Assembly (NCBI GenBank): GCA_963805625.1
Contig: CAWDVE010000013.1
Coordinates: 384,001 to 448,000 of the forward strand
DNA length: 64,000 nucleotides
Source of the DNA: an uncultured Candidatus Rokubacteria bacterium
GTDB lineage: Bacteria; Methylomirabilota; Methylomirabilia; Rokubacteriales; DASRDR01
Direction of reading: 5' to 3'
The notes under the pieces: generated by a model
What the model saw: the letters and a program-made list of their open reading frames with translations, nothing else
Told to the model about the DNA's origin: nothing
The model's database searches: none
Position numbers and translations under genes: made by a program
In this document: positions 62,327-64,000 of the stretch, piece by piece
How positions within the stretch are numbered: position 1 is the first letter of the stretch
How the letters are laid out: the number at the start of each line of letters is the position of its first letter

Positions 62327-63461
62327 CACGTGGCCTCCTCTTTCGATTGCTGTCCCTGTTCCTTCGGCCGGGTCTTGGCGCGGATGGTACTGACGACGCC
62401 GTGGGCGGCAAAAGCCGCTGCGGTGCCGCCCACGATCCAGCCGCCAATGCGGTCCACCGTGGTCTGCACGCCGGCACCGGGCAGTGGCGGCAGGCGCCGG
62501 TAGAACGGCGTCATGGTGTCCCAGAAATCCCGCTCGGAGCAGCCGACGCAGCCGTGCCCGGCCCCCACCGGCCAGCTCGTCCCGTCGTTCCAGCGGACCA
62601 CGGGGCAGTTGTGATAGGTCTCGGGCCCCTTGCAGCCCATCTTGTACAGGCACCAGCCTTTGCGGTGGCCCTCGTCGCCCCACTCCTCCACGAACTGGCC
62701 GGCATCGAAGTGGGCGCGCCGCTCGCACTGATCGTGGATGCGCTCGCCGTAGGCGAACAGTGGCCGGCCCTGCTGATCGGTCGCCGGCAGCGCGCCGAAC
62801 GTGAGGAAGTGGACGATGGTCGCGGTGATGTTGACGGCATTGGGCGGGCAGCCGGGCAGGTTGATCAGGGTGAGGCCCGGCACCGCGTCCTGGACGCCGA
62901 CGGCCCCGGTGGGATTGGGTTTGGCCGACGGCCAGCCCCCGTAGAAGGCGCAGGCGCCCACCGTGATGGTCGCGGCGGCGCTGCCGCACACCTCCTTGGC
63001 GATGTCGAGCGCCGTCCGGCCGCCGATTGTGCAGTAGATCCCGCCGTCCCCGGTGGGGATCGAGCCCTCGACCACCACCAGATACTTCCCCTTCTCGCTC
63101 CTCACCGTGTCCATCAGTGACTTCTCCGCCGCCTTCCCCGACGGCGCCATGATGGTCTCGTGGTAGTTGACCGAGAGGATGTCCAACGCGATGTCGCCCA
63201 CCGAGGGGCGGCTCGCGCGGAGGAAGGACTCGGTGCACCCGGCGCAATCCTGGAACTCGAGCCACACCAGCGCCGGACGACGGACCTGCTCGAGCGCCGC
63301 GGCGACCCGCGGCAGGTAGCGGTCAGGCAGCGCCAGGACGGCCGTCATGGCGGCGCAGAACTTGACGAAGCTCCGCCGCGGGACCCCCCGCTCCGCCCAG
63401 CGCGTGGGCGGCCGCCCTCCCCAGCCCCGGGGCGTCGCGGTCTTCGGAACGATGGAGCCGT

Positions 63462-63477
<16 letters not shown>
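62326..63477 (-). CDS. [NiFe]-hydrogenase small subunit with Tat signal and C-terminal TM anchor
   Basis: RRSFVKFC, DCAGCTES, GCPP, H..C.RR, CLYKMGCKGP, C.GC. Confidence 0.95.

Positions 63478-64000
<523 letters not shown>

Overview
High-GC bacterial window. Gene families and remnant types (zinc-ribbon adenylate cyclases, GAF-domain leaders, orphan ABC substrate-binding proteins, XRE genes ending GVPVTALLE) resemble Methylomirabilota/Rokubacteria; this is inference only. The window is a mosaic of intact accessory genes and many truncated remnants (group II intron RT, IS91, IS21, integrase-core IS, serine recombinases, terminase). Intact modules: a cluster of uncharacterised beta-rich proteins with an M14 carboxypeptidase (1-12 kb), a MarR/Tat metallo-beta-lactamase-fold pair, DUF899/DUF2182, groES-groEL, an acyltransferase/Spinster-like MFS/sphingomyelin-synthase-like operon and PLP enzymes. 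A group 1 [NiFe]-hydrogenase/hyp locus lies at the right end. The most striking signal is in the hydrogenase large subunit: both Ni-ligating Cys codons of the N-terminal RxCGxC motif are in-frame TGA (RI-U-GV-U), followed by a SECIS-like hairpin. This suggests a hydrogenase with two selenocysteines at the N-terminal motif, although this copy is truncated by a deletion or misassembly into hypD. No rRNA, intact tRNA or CRISPR array was seen. All family calls are by motif recognition, not database search.
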